Below are positions 1 through 9,639 of a stretch of 64,000 nucleotides of DNA, piece by piece. The position numbers and the translations under genes are program-made. The stretch spans positions 19,816 to 83,815 of the forward strand of contig JACQGC010000004.1 in NCBI GenBank assembly GCA_016199805.1. Reading direction: 5' to 3'. Source of the stretch: Candidatus Nomurabacteria bacterium. Its GTDB lineage: Bacteria > Patescibacteriota > Minisyncoccia > Phycocordibacterales > UBA9973. Below the pieces are notes generated by a model, which had not been told where the DNA came from, searched no databases, and was given only the letters and a program-made list of their open reading frames with translations. Every line of letters starts with the position of its first letter. Positions within the stretch are counted from its first letter, which is position 1.

Positions 1-66
1 TCACGAGAAACACCAAAAGGACGAGAAAAACCCTTTTGACTATACTTTTTCTGTTTACGAAAAATT

Positions 67-453
67 CTAAGATTTTTTCGCCACAATTCTTTTGACGCCC
101 AGGCTTTTAGCCATTTTTGCGCAGGCCGGACAAGGAGTCGTTTTGCAATACATCGTGGCTCCTTCCAAAGGAAGGCCAAATTTTAAGGCTTGAGTAATCG
201 CATTTTGTTCGGCATGAATGGTTCTCATGCAATTCCCGGATTTCATGTCGTGGCCGACTTCGTTGCAGTGAGGCAGCCCGGAAAGCGAACCGATATAACC
301 GGTGGAAACAATTCTATTTTCTTGAGCAAGGACGCATCCGCTGCCACCCTTGTCACAAGTGGCGCGTGAACCGACACTTTCGACTATCTGCAAAAAATAT
401 TCATCCCAAGTCGGTCTCTTATTTTTTATTATTTTTTTCGTAATTTTTTTCAT
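67..453 (-). CDS. dCMP deaminase / ComEB-family zinc deaminase
   Basis: RPTWDEYF N-terminus, HAEQNA and PCxxC zinc motifs. Confidence 0.9.
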   Translation of the reverse strand: MKKITKKIIKNKRPTWDEYFLQIVESVGSRATCDKGGSGCVLAQENRIVSTGYIGSLSGLPHCNEVGHDMKSGNCMRTIHAEQNAITQALKFGLPLEGATMYCKTTPCPACAKMAKSLGVKRIVAKKS

Positions 454-458
454 AAAAT

Positions 459-1481
459 TTAGATAGTTTTTTTACTGCAAGAAGCTGTGATTGTAAACGG
501 CATGGACATTTCACTGATTAAAATCCCCGTATCAGTCGTCTCTATCCCCTGCGGGCTATCTCCTGTGACGGCCGGACTGATTTTAAGGTGTAAATGATAT
601 TGTCCTCCTGCCATACCGGTAAGATCGCAAGATCTTTTCAGCGCATCCCCGACCGCGTCTTTTGTATCAAAAGATTTCATGGTAAAAATTCCTCCGGAAA
701 CAATGCTTACACCCGAAGCATCCATCCCATTGTAATTATCCAGGTTGTTGTTTTCATCCAGGTAAAATCTGTATAGATAAGCATTGATTGTTTTAGCTGT
801 GTTGTTCTTCAACACTACGTTTAAAGTATTTCCGGAAAATGGGTAAGTGAGTTGCGCCGATGGAGTGGCAGACATAGAAACAATTTGTAAGGGTGCGTTT
901 GTGTTCTGTGAGTTAGCGGGCGCACTTGATTTAATTTTGGTCGTCGGCGCTGGTGATTTAATTCCGTAATCGAGCGAGGCTTTCATGTCGTATTTCCAGT
1001 CGCCTCCTTCTTGAATGAAAACTATGTTTTGAGTCGGCTTTTGGTTTGCGGGTCCCCCTTTTGTGGTTATGGTTGCCACGATATTATTCTGATCCAATTG
1101 AGAAACACTATCCACAATAAACGAAGTGACCGGAACAGTTTTGGTCTTACTGTCCAAAATTAACTTCGATGTTTCAAGAGATGCATACTTGGCAATGACG
1201 GTCTTGTCACCCGCGAGAAAACCGGCACTCATCCCTTCCAGGGCAACCTTGACCTTGGCGACATCGGGATTTTCCGTCTGGACAACGGGTGCGGCTGGGA
1301 CCCCTTCCTGATTAACCACTGGCGCAACCACGGCATTGTTTGTTTTTGGCTTACTGAAATATTTAAAAGCATACCAACTCGCTCCGGCCAAAATAGCGAC
1401 TAGCACTAAAATAAGAATAAACTTCTTCCAGTGTTTTGGTTTTGGGGTTATAAAATTTGGTGGCAGTTGTTGATTGTCCAT
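459..1481 (-). CDS. hypothetical single-pass membrane-anchored exported protein
   Basis: 340-aa ORF with N-terminal hydrophobic anchor (FILILVLVAILAGASWYAF); co-oriented with neighbours. Confidence 0.7.
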   Translation of the reverse strand: MDNQQLPPNFITPKPKHWKKFILILVLVAILAGASWYAFKYFSKPKTNNAVVAPVVNQEGVPAAPVVQTENPDVAKVKVALEGMSAGFLAGDKTVIAKYASLETSKLILDSKTKTVPVTSFIVDSVSQLDQNNIVATITTKGGPANQKPTQNIVFIQEGGDWKYDMKASLDYGIKSPAPTTKIKSSAPANSQNTNAPLQIVSMSATPSAQLTYPFSGNTLNVVLKNNTAKTINAYLYRFYLDENNNLDNYNGMDASGVSIVSGGIFTMKSFDTKDAVGDALKRSCDLTGMAGGQYHLHLKISPAVTGDSPQGIETTDTGILISEMSMPFTITASCSKKTI

Positions 1482-1516
1482 TTTATTTATTTTTAACTTA
1501 ATAATGAAAACTAAGT

Positions 1517-1846
1517 TTATGGATCTTCGTCGGTTTTGATGCGGATGAAAACATCGTTGCCTTCGGGAGATTTTGTTTTTTTATACTTTCTGTTTTTATT
1601 TATTTCTATTTTTCGAAGCAATTCTTTTTCTAAATCAAAACCCATGTCTTCACACATGCCCAGGATGAAAATCATCACGTCGGCAAATTCTTCGGCCACG
1701 CCCGGCTGGTTTTTGTTGTGCTTGGAAAAGGCCTCGGAGAGCTCTTCGTGCGCGCGGCAAAATTCCAAAGCAGTATTGGTAAGATTGAAACCCTTTTCCA
1801 CTTTGTTGCGCATCACTTCTTTTTGTAAAACCTTTAGGTCAATCAC
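1517..1846 (-). CDS. MazG-like all-alpha NTP pyrophosphohydrolase
   Basis: EELSE...EEFADV acidic motifs. Confidence 0.8.
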   Translation of the reverse strand: MIDLKVLQKEVMRNKVEKGFNLTNTALEFCRAHEELSEAFSKHNKNQPGVAEEFADVMIFILGMCEDMGFDLEKELLRKIEINKNRKYKKTKSPEGNDVFIRIKTDEDP

Positions 1847-2601
1847 CTATTAAATATACCCCGTAGTGAAGTTTTTTGCAAAATCTTACTACCGGGCAGG
1901 CTCCCAAAAAGCGGTAAATACAAATCATCTTTGATGTTTATTATCAATTCTTGCCTGTTTGTCTTTTTGGTAAATTTAACCGGGGGCTTGTTTATCAGGG
2001 CCAGTGGCTGTGTTTCTTTTCCTTCCCCCATACACAGCACTGCCGCAGTTGCCAAACTGTCGGCCACATCGGTTTTGGACATCTTCAACACCCTGCCAAA
2101 AATGTCTTTTTCGCCTATATAATTCTTGATACCTTGGAAACCGGCATAACCCAGGGCCACGCCCACCACCCCGGAACGCAGAGGGAAAATACGGCTGTCG
2201 GTAATCAGCACGCCGAAGTTTTTAATTTTGAATATTTTTTTTAATTTATTCCTTATAAAATCCGCGGAGTCAAAACTATCCTTGGGCAAGAGAATGAGTT
2301 TACCGTTTGCATTGGACTCATCTATCCCCGCCGAGGCCATGACCATGCCGTCTTTGATAGTCAGCCAGACGAGTTTGGTTTTTATGGCCAAATCACTTTC
2401 TTGCTTTATAAGCTTAACTTTCTCTGCTTTATTTTTATATTCCACTGTTCTTCCTTCAGCCAGAGCCACGATTTTCGAAGTCACCACCAAAATGGAATTC
2501 TCAAGATTCTTTTTGGGAATTTTCTTTATATATTGGAGAATAAACTCGGGCAAGTCTTCGTTCTCCTTAAATATTCTGGTTTTGATTGGTGTAATTTGCA
2601 T
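1843..2601 (-). CDS. CofE-like (F420:L-glutamate ligase family) gamma-glutamyl ligase
   Basis: VTSKIVALAEG, ASAGIDESN, ITDSR, DIFGR.L and MGEG.E..P motifs. Confidence 0.85.
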   Translation of the reverse strand: MQITPIKTRIFKENEDLPEFILQYIKKIPKKNLENSILVVTSKIVALAEGRTVEYKNKAEKVKLIKQESDLAIKTKLVWLTIKDGMVMASAGIDESNANGKLILLPKDSFDSADFIRNKLKKIFKIKNFGVLITDSRIFPLRSGVVGVALGYAGFQGIKNYIGEKDIFGRVLKMSKTDVADSLATAAVLCMGEGKETQPLALINKPPVKFTKKTNRQELIINIKDDLYLPLFGSLPGSKILQKTSLRGIFNR

Positions 2602-3247
2602 CTGATTTTTGACTCGATCCTTTTAACAAACGAATTCCCAAATACGAAAGCGGGGTGTATAAAAATCCCATAAATATTTTATAAGCCCACCAGGGAATAA
2701 TAATTAAAATTATAGTTTTGACCGGCAAAATACCCAAATAAGCGATAAACATAAAAATAGCCGAGTCGAAAAACTCCGACCAGATGTTGGACAAATTGGA
2801 ACGCAGCCAGAATTTTTTCTCGCCAATTTGTTTCTTTAGAAAGAAAAAAGAAATCACGTCTTGATATTGACCCACGGCAAAAGCAACCAGTGAGGCAATG
2901 GAAAAACGCACCGACAGCCCGAAAATTTGATTGTACCCATCATGTACCCAAAGACCTTCCTTTGCCCAAGGGGTAATTGTTGAAACTAAAGAATAGAATA
3001 AAAACAAAAGAATGCTTATTATTCCGGCCCAAACAAAATTATTGGCCATTTTTTTGCCGTAGACTTCCCCGATGACATCGGTCATGCAAAAGACAATCGG
3101 AAAAGAAAAAACCGCCACCGAAAGATGGGTGCCAAAAAGAAACGGCATCAATTTTATTCCGAGAGTATTGGCCGCAAAAAGAGAACCGACATAAAGGGTC
3201 AAACAAATAAGAATTTTTTTATAGTCTCGGTCAGTAAGTTCCTGCAT
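2567..3247 (-). CDS. yhhQ: queuosine precursor transporter (YhhQ/Vut_1 family)
   Basis: multi-TM protein with FP..F..TDVIGEVYG, ASL.AF.VGQ..D and WLRSN.S motifs. Confidence 0.85.
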   Translation of the reverse strand: MQELTDRDYKKILICLTLYVGSLFAANTLGIKLMPFLFGTHLSVAVFSFPIVFCMTDVIGEVYGKKMANNFVWAGIISILLFLFYSLVSTITPWAKEGLWVHDGYNQIFGLSVRFSIASLVAFAVGQYQDVISFFFLKKQIGEKKFWLRSNLSNIWSEFFDSAIFMFIAYLGILPVKTIILIIIPWWAYKIFMGFLYTPLSYLGIRLLKGSSQKSDANYTNQNQNI

Positions 3248-3284
3248 TTTACTTTATAGACTTTATAACTTTACAAACTTTTAA

Positions 3285-3707
3285 CTATTTTACTTCTATC
3301 CCCATACTTCGGGCGGAGCCGGCGATGATATTGATTATGCCTTCGTCGTCTTTGGCATTCAGGTCAACTAATTTTTTCTTTCCTATTTCCAGAGCTTGAG
3401 CTCGGGTGATTTTACCCACCTTGGTGGTGGCGTTCTTGCCGGAACCCTTTTCCACTCCAGCAGCCTTTAGAATAAGGCCCGTAGCGGGAGGAGTTTTGAC
3501 GACGAAATCATAGCTGCGGTCTTCGTAGACGGTAATAGACACACCGACTTTGTCTCCGGCCATCTTGGCGGTTGCAGCGTTAAACTTGGTGACGAAGTCA
3601 CCGATGTTTATACCGGCCTGTCCGAGGGCAGGACCGAGCGGGGGTGCCGGGGTTGCCTTGGCGGCTTGGATTTGTAATTTAATTTTTTTGGTTATTTTCT
3701 TTGCCAT
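3285..3707 (-). CDS. rplK: 50S ribosomal protein L11
   Basis: [18 protein letters not shown] signature; downstream of nusG. Confidence 0.98.
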   Translation of the reverse strand: MAKKITKKIKLQIQAAKATPAPPLGPALGQAGINIGDFVTKFNAATAKMAGDKVGVSITVYEDRSYDFVVKTPPATGLILKAAGVEKGSGKNATTKVGKITRAQALEIGKKKLVDLNAKDDEGIINIIAGSARSMGIEVK

Positions 3708-3814
3708 CCCAGTACTAAAATTTTTATTAATAATTAACTAACTTAATCTATACTATTTTGTCCCATTTGTCTATTTTTCTTTATATTGCCTATGTAGAAA
3801 TTTAGTACGGGACA
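3706..3814. repeat. start-codon-abutting inverted-repeat element, copy A (rplK)
   Basis: ends ATCCCAGTACTAAAATTT ... AAATTTAGTACGGGACA, shared with copies at 4368 and 12374. Confidence 0.8.
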
Positions 3815-3823
3815 AGTATGATT

Positions 3824-4369
3824 TTATATCTTTTTTATCTGTAAAAAGTCGAGTTCAACCGGAGTTTCACGACCGAACATTGAAACCAACACTTTTACTT
3901 TTCCTCGGTCTTGGTCTACGGAGTTTACCTTACCCTCCAGTTCCTTGAATGGACCATCGGTAATGCGAACCGTCTCACCAATCTCCATTTCGATATTATG
4001 TTTGGTGGTACCGGCATCCATCTTTTTGAAAAGATAATCCACTTCTTCCTTTTTGAGAGGCACCGGATTTACTCCCGCGCCGACGAAACCGGTCACTCTG
4101 GGAGTGTTTCTGACTACATACCAGGAATCATCCGTTACAATCATATCTACCAACACGTAGCCGGGATATATCTTTTCTTCCACTTCCACTCGCTTGCCAC
4201 CTTTTATCTTTATTTTCTTTTCAATCGGAACGATGACGTTGAAAATTTTGTCATTCATGCCAAGAGAGTCTATGCGCTGCTTCAAATTACGTAGAACAAC
4301 GTTCTCGTATCCGGCATAAGTGTGTATGGCGTACCAATTTCTAATTCCCTCGTTTTCTTGTTTTGACAT
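3824..4369 (-). CDS. nusG: transcription termination/antitermination factor NusG
   Basis: WYAIHTYAGYE NGN domain, KOW motif, MFGRETPVEL. Confidence 0.98.
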   Translation of the reverse strand: MSKQENEGIRNWYAIHTYAGYENVVLRNLKQRIDSLGMNDKIFNVIVPIEKKIKIKGGKRVEVEEKIYPGYVLVDMIVTDDSWYVVRNTPRVTGFVGAGVNPVPLKKEEVDYLFKKMDAGTTKHNIEMEIGETVRITDGPFKELEGKVNSVDQDRGKVKVLVSMFGRETPVELDFLQIKKI

Positions 4370-4440
4370 CCCAGTACTAAAATTTTAATTAATAATGTTT
4401 ATCGTTATGCCCCGTAATCAAAAATTTAGTACGGGACAGG
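4368..4440. repeat. start-codon-abutting inverted-repeat element, copy B (nusG)
   Basis: ATCCCAGTACTAAAATTTTAATT ... CCCGTAATCAAAAATTTAGTACGGGACAGG; ends near-identical to copy D. Confidence 0.85.
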
Positions 4441-4448
4441 TTTGATTT

Positions 4449-4634
4449 TTAGCCTATGATTTTCTGCAAGACTTGTGAAAAAATAAAATCCCAAATCCCC
4501 AAGTAATAAGCTACTACTACGGACAAAACAATGACTATCAAAGTATAGTATAAAGTTTGGTTCCTGGTCGGCCAAATTACGTGTTTGAGTTCTGTTTTTG
4601 TCTCCTTAAAATACTCGGTTATTTTTGATCCCAT
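4449..4634 (-). CDS. secE: preprotein translocase subunit SecE
   Basis: ELKHVIWPT motif plus single TM; upstream of nusG. Confidence 0.95.
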   Translation of the reverse strand: MGSKITEYFKETKTELKHVIWPTRNQTLYYTLIVIVLSVVVAYYLGIWDFIFSQVLQKIIG

Positions 4635-4698
4635 AAGAAAATTTAAATACTAAAGTTTGGTGATACTTTTTGCCCTGTTGATTTTCTAACGGGACAAG
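4628..4698. repeat. start-codon-abutting inverted-repeat element, copy C (secE), variant subfamily
   Basis: ATCCCATAAGAAAATTTAAATA ... GTTGATTTTCTAACGGGACA; ends shared with copy E. Confidence 0.75.
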
Positions 4699-4767
4699 CA
4701 TATCTCTTTTAAAAAAGCCCCCTTTCAAGGGCTCTTTTAACAGTACTATCTTTCAGTCCAAAATGCA

Positions 4768-4842
4768 ACCCCCTAAATCCCCCTTGTCAGGGGGACTCCC
4801 CAATTTTCCATCCCCTGATAAGGGGAGGGTTAGGGAGGGGTT
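4768..4842. repeat. GC-rich double-hairpin palindromic element (intergenic)
   Basis: TCCCCCTTGTCAGGGGGA and TCCCCTGATAAGGGGA hairpins followed by G-rich tail. Confidence 0.6.
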
Positions 4843-4846
4843 GTAT

Positions 4847-5710
4847 CTATCTTATTTCGTAAGTTATAGAGACATTTGATGTAATCTTGTTTTCTCCTGT
4901 CGGAAGTATCGGGGATGGAGCGGCTGAAGGAGCCACACTATCCAAGGCCATGCCTTTTGATGCATACATCATAGGATAATTGCCGTTTTCGGAGAAATTA
5001 ACAATTCGGACAAGGTGCACTCCGAGGTCGGAAGCCAGAGTTTTTGCTTTAGCTTGCGCGTCGTCTATGGCAATCTTGCGGGCTTGTTCGGTCAACTTGT
5101 CTTGGTTCTCGATTGAGAAACTAGGTCCGTTTAAGTTTGAAATCCCGACATTGGTAATACCGGATACAATATCCCCGGCTTTTGTCAAATCATGAACTTT
5201 CACGGAAATATTTTCAGAAACTTCATAACCGGTCAAAATTGATTTTCCTGGTGGACAGTAAACTGGAACGTAAGAAGAAACTGCACCCGAACCCGAAGAG
5301 ACCGAACCCGAATTCATCATAGGCACAGCAGGATATTGCGGACAAATGGAGTTCCGATATTCATACTTTGGATAAGAATTGTAATTCTCTGTCTTGATGT
5401 CTTTTTTGGCTATGCCACTTTTATCCAAGAAAGCCAGCACCGCTGCTTCTTTGGTGGTCACTTTGGTTTGAGCATCTTTCGCCAAAGTTGCGTCTTCCTG
5501 AATGGTAAAACTGATTGTGGCCAAATCCGGAGTACCGGAGACATCTCCTGTTCCGTTGAAGGTCATGGTGTTGGAAGCCGTGGCACCTCCGCCGATATAA
5601 TTGTACCCCTTCACTTCAGTGATTATTTTAGTAGCGTAATATGCCGTCAAAATAATTAGTAAAACAAAACCTGCTTTCAATAAACGAGACTTTTCTATAC
5701 TTTGTTCCAT
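4847..5710 (-). CDS. SIMPL (DUF541) domain protein
   Basis: GTGDVSGTPDLATISF and ARKIAIDDAQAKAKTLA motifs; N-terminal TM. Confidence 0.9.
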   Translation of the reverse strand: MEQSIEKSRLLKAGFVLLIILTAYYATKIITEVKGYNYIGGGATASNTMTFNGTGDVSGTPDLATISFTIQEDATLAKDAQTKVTTKEAAVLAFLDKSGIAKKDIKTENYNSYPKYEYRNSICPQYPAVPMMNSGSVSSGSGAVSSYVPVYCPPGKSILTGYEVSENISVKVHDLTKAGDIVSGITNVGISNLNGPSFSIENQDKLTEQARKIAIDDAQAKAKTLASDLGVHLVRIVNFSENGNYPMMYASKGMALDSVAPSAAPSPILPTGENKITSNVSITYEIR

Positions 5711-5737
5711 ATAATAATTCCCGCCGAAGCGGACAAG

Positions 5738-6241
5738 TTATTTTTTAATTCCTAATAATTCTACTTCAAAGGTCAAAGTGGCGTTTGGAGGAATGACTCC
5801 GCCGGCGCCCGCGGCTCCGTAACCATCGGCTGGCGCTATCACCAAAGTTTTCTTTTCACCGACTTTCATTCCTACTATTCCTTTATCCCAGCCAGGAATT
5901 ACTTGTCCGGCACCCAAAGTAAAAATAAAGGGCTGGACGTGTTTGAATTTCGGGTCAACATTTGAATCGAAAACTGTGCCGTCTGCTAATCGTCCGGTGT
6001 AATTCATCGCAACCGTATCACCTGTTTTTGCCACTGTGCCGAGTGGAGCGGAACCCTCGGGAACTTGCCCTGTCGGAGCGGGAGTGGGAGTTGCGTTGTC
6101 TGCTACATTATTTACTGAGTTGTTTGTATTATTATTTACTGCCATATTTGGTTTATTTTTTATACTGATAAAAACTATAGCACCTATTAAAACCAGACAA
6201 ATTACCACTGCCAAAACTATATTCATCTTTTTATTTTCCAT
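5738..6241 (-). CDS. FKBP-type peptidyl-prolyl cis-trans isomerase
   Basis: YTGRLADGTVFDS, VIPGWDKG and IPPNATLTFEVELL motifs. Confidence 0.95.
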   Translation of the reverse strand: MENKKMNIVLAVVICLVLIGAIVFISIKNKPNMAVNNNTNNSVNNVADNATPTPAPTGQVPEGSAPLGTVAKTGDTVAMNYTGRLADGTVFDSNVDPKFKHVQPFIFTLGAGQVIPGWDKGIVGMKVGEKKTLVIAPADGYGAAGAGGVIPPNATLTFEVELLGIKK

Positions 6242-6294
6242 TTAAATTAAAAAGTTAACTTCTAATAAATCTATTATAGCAAAAAGTAAGAACT

Positions 6295-7371
6295 TTACAC
6301 AATATTGACTTCGGGCTTTAATTCCAGCCCAAATTTTTCTTTCACCGAGGCTATGATTTTATTGGCCAATTCGATGATTTCTTCACCTTTTGCGCCACCG
6401 TGGTTTACCAAAACCAAGGCTTGCTTGTCGTGCACGCCGACATTCCCCATCCTTCTCCCCTTCCAACCGCATTGCTCTATCAGCCATCCGGCTGGAATTT
6501 TGTACTGTATTTCCCCCCTCTCCTTCGCAAGGAGAGGGGTTGGGGGTGAGGTCATATTTTCTTCTTCAAAGTGTGGAATTTCCGGATATTTTTTTTTGAG
6601 TATTTCCAATTCTGTTTTCGTCACAAAAACATTTTTAAAAAAGCTTCCGGCGTTGCCTATTATTTTCGGGTCGGGTAGTTTGCTTCTGCGTATCTCTGCC
6701 ACAGCGTCGCTGATATTTTTAAGTGTTGTTGTTTTGTTGGTTTTTTCCAAATAATCAGACAGAATCTTGTAAGAAACGTTTGGCTTTGGTGTCTTGCTTA
6801 ATTTTAAAGTCACTGCCGAAATAAAATATTTTCCTTTCAATTTATTTTTAAAAACACTATCCCTATAGCCAAGTTCGCATTCTTCACAGCTAAAAATTTT
6901 TTTCTCTCCGCTCTCAATCTCAAAAGTTTCCACACTAAAAAGAGTATCTTTGAGTTCGGCTCCGTAGGCGCCAATGTTTTGCATCGGCGCCGCACCGACT
7001 GTACCCGGAATGAGAGACAAGTTTTCAATTCCCCAATATCCTTTATCTACGGCAAACAACACAAGACCATGCCAGCTTTCACCGCCCATCGCTCTAATAT
7101 AAACACACTCTTTCCCGACCCCTGTCGGGACCCCGACTTTGGTCGGGGCTATACCTTTTACTTTATTTAAAATAACTATACCGTCGAAATCTTTTGTAAA
7201 AAGAACATTACTTCCACCACCCAAAAATATTTTTTTGTTATTTTTAAATTCAGGCGTCGCCAAAAGTTCTTTCAAGTCTTCTTCTGAATTTAACTCGACA
7301 AAAAACTTGGCGTTTACAGAAATACCGAAAGTGTTTAATTTAAGCAGATTGTAATTATTTTCTAATATCAT
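6295..7371 (-). CDS. murB: UDP-N-acetylenolpyruvoylglucosamine reductase
   Basis: GGGSNVLF, IPGTVGAAPMQNIGAYG, GNAGSFFKN; start reassigned to ATG 7371; carries two palindromic in-frame inserts. Confidence 0.95.
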   Translation of the reverse strand: MILENNYNLLKLNTFGISVNAKFFVELNSEEDLKELLATPEFKNNKKIFLGGGSNVLFTKDFDGIVILNKVKGIAPTKVGVPTGVGKECVYIRAMGGESWHGLVLFAVDKGYWGIENLSLIPGTVGAAPMQNIGAYGAELKDTLFSVETFEIESGEKKIFSCEECELGYRDSVFKNKLKGKYFISAVTLKLSKTPKPNVSYKILSDYLEKTNKTTTLKNISDAVAEIRRSKLPDPKIIGNAGSFFKNVFVTKTELEILKKKYPEIPHFEEENMTSPPTPLLAKERGEIQYKIPAGWLIEQCGWKGRRMGNVGVHDKQALVLVNHGGAKGEEIIELANKIIASVKEKFGLELKPEVNIV

Positions 7372-7372
7372 A

Positions 7373-8647
7373 TCAATGTCCCAATGTAAAAAACATCGCC
7401 ACTGCCGCTGCCCCCATAAGCACAAAAGTACCCCAGACTAGTATGTTTGATACATTACCACTCTTGTGTTCACCCATGATTTTTTCGTTCCTGGCTATCT
7501 TGCCGATTATAAAGATAAGTGGAACGGCGGCTACGCCATTGAATACAGCGGTATAAACCAAGGCTTTAATCGGGTCTATGCCAATGAAATTTATCATCAA
7601 GCCGACAATGGTGGCGATAGTGATGACTCCATAAAATCCATGAGCTTTTTTTAATTTCAAATTCAAACTTTCTTTCCAATTTAAAGTTTCGGCGACGGCA
7701 TAAGAAGCGGAAGCGGAAAGCACCGGCACGGCCAGGAGTCCGAGCCCGATGACTCCGACGGCAAAAATCAACTTGGCTAAAAATCCCGCATATGGAAATG
7801 TATGCACCAAGGGCTCCAGGGCTTTGGCCGCGTCCGCGGCGGTGGCGATATTGGTTATGCCATGAGTGTTTAGGACTGTGGCAGCAACGACGATGATACA
7901 CCATGTGGCTATTTCCGAAGACAGCATCCCGACAAAATTATCAATTCTAAGATTTTTGAGAAAAGATTTTGTAATATGTGTCTCGCCGTGTTTTAAGAGG
8001 TGCTTAGCTCGTTCTTCTTCCACTTCTTCGGACGCTTGCCAAAAAAACATATATGGGGAAATAGTCGTTCCGAAGACACCAGTAATGATAAAAAGAAAAG
8101 CAAAACTCAATTCAATATGCGGAATGAAGGTGGCTTTTAATATCGTCAACCAGGGTTGTTTGACTAAAAATAAAGTCAAAGGATAAGCGAGCAAAGAAAA
8201 AGCCAGCCATTTCAAAATCTTGGCATATTTTTTATAGGAGATAAATATTTCCAGTGACAAAATCAGGGCGGTAAAAAAAAGTGTCAGCACTGTCAGGTTG
8301 ATTGGCAAAACAAGCTGCGCGGCGGCCGCCATCGCCCCCAAATCTGCTCCGATATTGATCGTATTGGCTAAAACAATAAGGACGACTGCCGCATAAAGCA
8401 TTTTCTTGCTGTAATTTTCTTTAATCACGGCGGCAATTCCTTTGCCAGTTACCGCCCCGATTCTGGCGCAAGCCTCCTGAATGGCGGTCATAAACGGCAA
8501 TAGCAATAAAGCTGTCCAGAGTTGCCCATAACCAAATTGCGAACCGGTCTGCGAATAAGTGGCGATGCCCGAAGGGTCATCATCCGCCGCGCCGGTAATA
8601 ATCCCCGGCCCCAGTTTTTTCCAAAAGCTTTTTCTCATATATTTCAT
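7373..8647 (-). CDS. NRAMP-family divalent metal transporter
   Basis: GPGIITGAADDDPSGIATYSQ.G and GTTISPY motifs; many TMs; start overlaps the RT stop (ATGA at 8644-8647). Confidence 0.9.
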   Translation of the reverse strand: MKYMRKSFWKKLGPGIITGAADDDPSGIATYSQTGSQFGYGQLWTALLLLPFMTAIQEACARIGAVTGKGIAAVIKENYSKKMLYAAVVLIVLANTINIGADLGAMAAAAQLVLPINLTVLTLFFTALILSLEIFISYKKYAKILKWLAFSLLAYPLTLFLVKQPWLTILKATFIPHIELSFAFLFIITGVFGTTISPYMFFWQASEEVEEERAKHLLKHGETHITKSFLKNLRIDNFVGMLSSEIATWCIIVVAATVLNTHGITNIATAADAAKALEPLVHTFPYAGFLAKLIFAVGVIGLGLLAVPVLSASASYAVAETLNWKESLNLKLKKAHGFYGVITIATIVGLMINFIGIDPIKALVYTAVFNGVAAVPLIFIIGKIARNEKIMGEHKSGNVSNILVWGTFVLMGAAAVAMFFTLGH

Positions 8648-9639
8648 TTTAGCATTTTCTGCAATTTATATGCATTCCCATGTTTCAACATCCCCAAATA
8701 AGATTGAATCGTTGCTGGTTTCTGGCTATTTTTCACATTCTTAAGCATTCTCCTTTCCGTGCTAGTCCGCAAAACTCTATGCTCAGGAAAATGTACCCAG
8801 CCAAGAAAATCCACACCAGAAGCAATGGTTTTAATATAAACTTTATCTGGGTGCATTTGTAATTTTAATTTGTTTTCCAAAAATTCTTCCATTTTTTCTA
8901 ACACATTTTCTAAATACTTTTTGTCTTCACTCAAAACAACAAAATCATCAGCATATCGTATGTAATATTTCACTTTCAATTCTCTTTTTGCAAACTGGTC
9001 AAATTCATTCATATAGATATTTACTAAAAGTTGAGAAGTTAAATTACCAAGCGGTAGACCTTTTTGCATATTTACGCTATCGCGCATATATGCATCTGTG
9101 TAAAAACTGTCTATCACTTGTGAAAGTAGCCATAAAATATATATGTCAAAGACCGTCTTTGACAATATTCCTTTTAAGATTTGATGATCAATATTCGCAA
9201 AGAATTTTCGGATGTCGCATTTTAATACAAGGCAAGACCTTGTACTGTTTTTGGAAACTTTAAAAATATAGTCTTGAAATCTATTTATTGCTTTATGGGT
9301 GCCTTTGTTTACCCTGCAGGAATACGAATCATTTATAAATTTGGAGTCAAAATATTCATACAGTTCTTGGTAAATTAAATGGTGAAGCAATCTGTCTCGT
9401 ACTGTAGCTTTATGGATTATTCTTGGTTTGGGGTCAGAAATATTGAAAGCTGTGTAACCTCCGTGAGTATATGTTTTGTTTTTTAAATCATTATGTAGAT
9501 CGAGAATATTATCCATCAACTTAGCTTGAAATAGAATCACGTCTTTCCTATCTTTTTTATCATGTAAAAATTCCTGCCAAGCTTTGAGCAGTTTTTCTAC
9601 AGTTATGATATTATCGTAAGTATGCATAAATTGTTTCAT
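8644..9639 (-). CDS. DGR reverse transcriptase
   Basis: KPRIIH...RDRLLH, LKCDIRKFFANIDH, GLPLGNLTSQ (DGR-type SQ), YIRYADDFV, GVDFLG; 331 aa with no maturase or endonuclease tail. Confidence 0.95.
   Translation of the reverse strand: MKQFMHTYDNIITVEKLLKAWQEFLHDKKDRKDVILFQAKLMDNILDLHNDLKNKTYTHGGYTAFNISDPKPRIIHKATVRDRLLHHLIYQELYEYFDSKFINDSYSCRVNKGTHKAINRFQDYIFKVSKNSTRSCLVLKCDIRKFFANIDHQILKGILSKTVFDIYILWLLSQVIDSFYTDAYMRDSVNMQKGLPLGNLTSQLLVNIYMNEFDQFAKRELKVKYYIRYADDFVVLSEDKKYLENVLEKMEEFLENKLKLQMHPDKVYIKTIASGVDFLGWVHFPEHRVLRTSTERRMLKNVKNSQKPATIQSYLGMLKHGNAYKLQKMLK

Noticed and set aside
8644-9639. RT as group II intron, retron or CRISPR-associated RT
   Set aside because: No maturase or endonuclease domain, no VTG retron motif and no cas genes; the SQ motif, Avd and A-specific TR/VR pair identify a DGR
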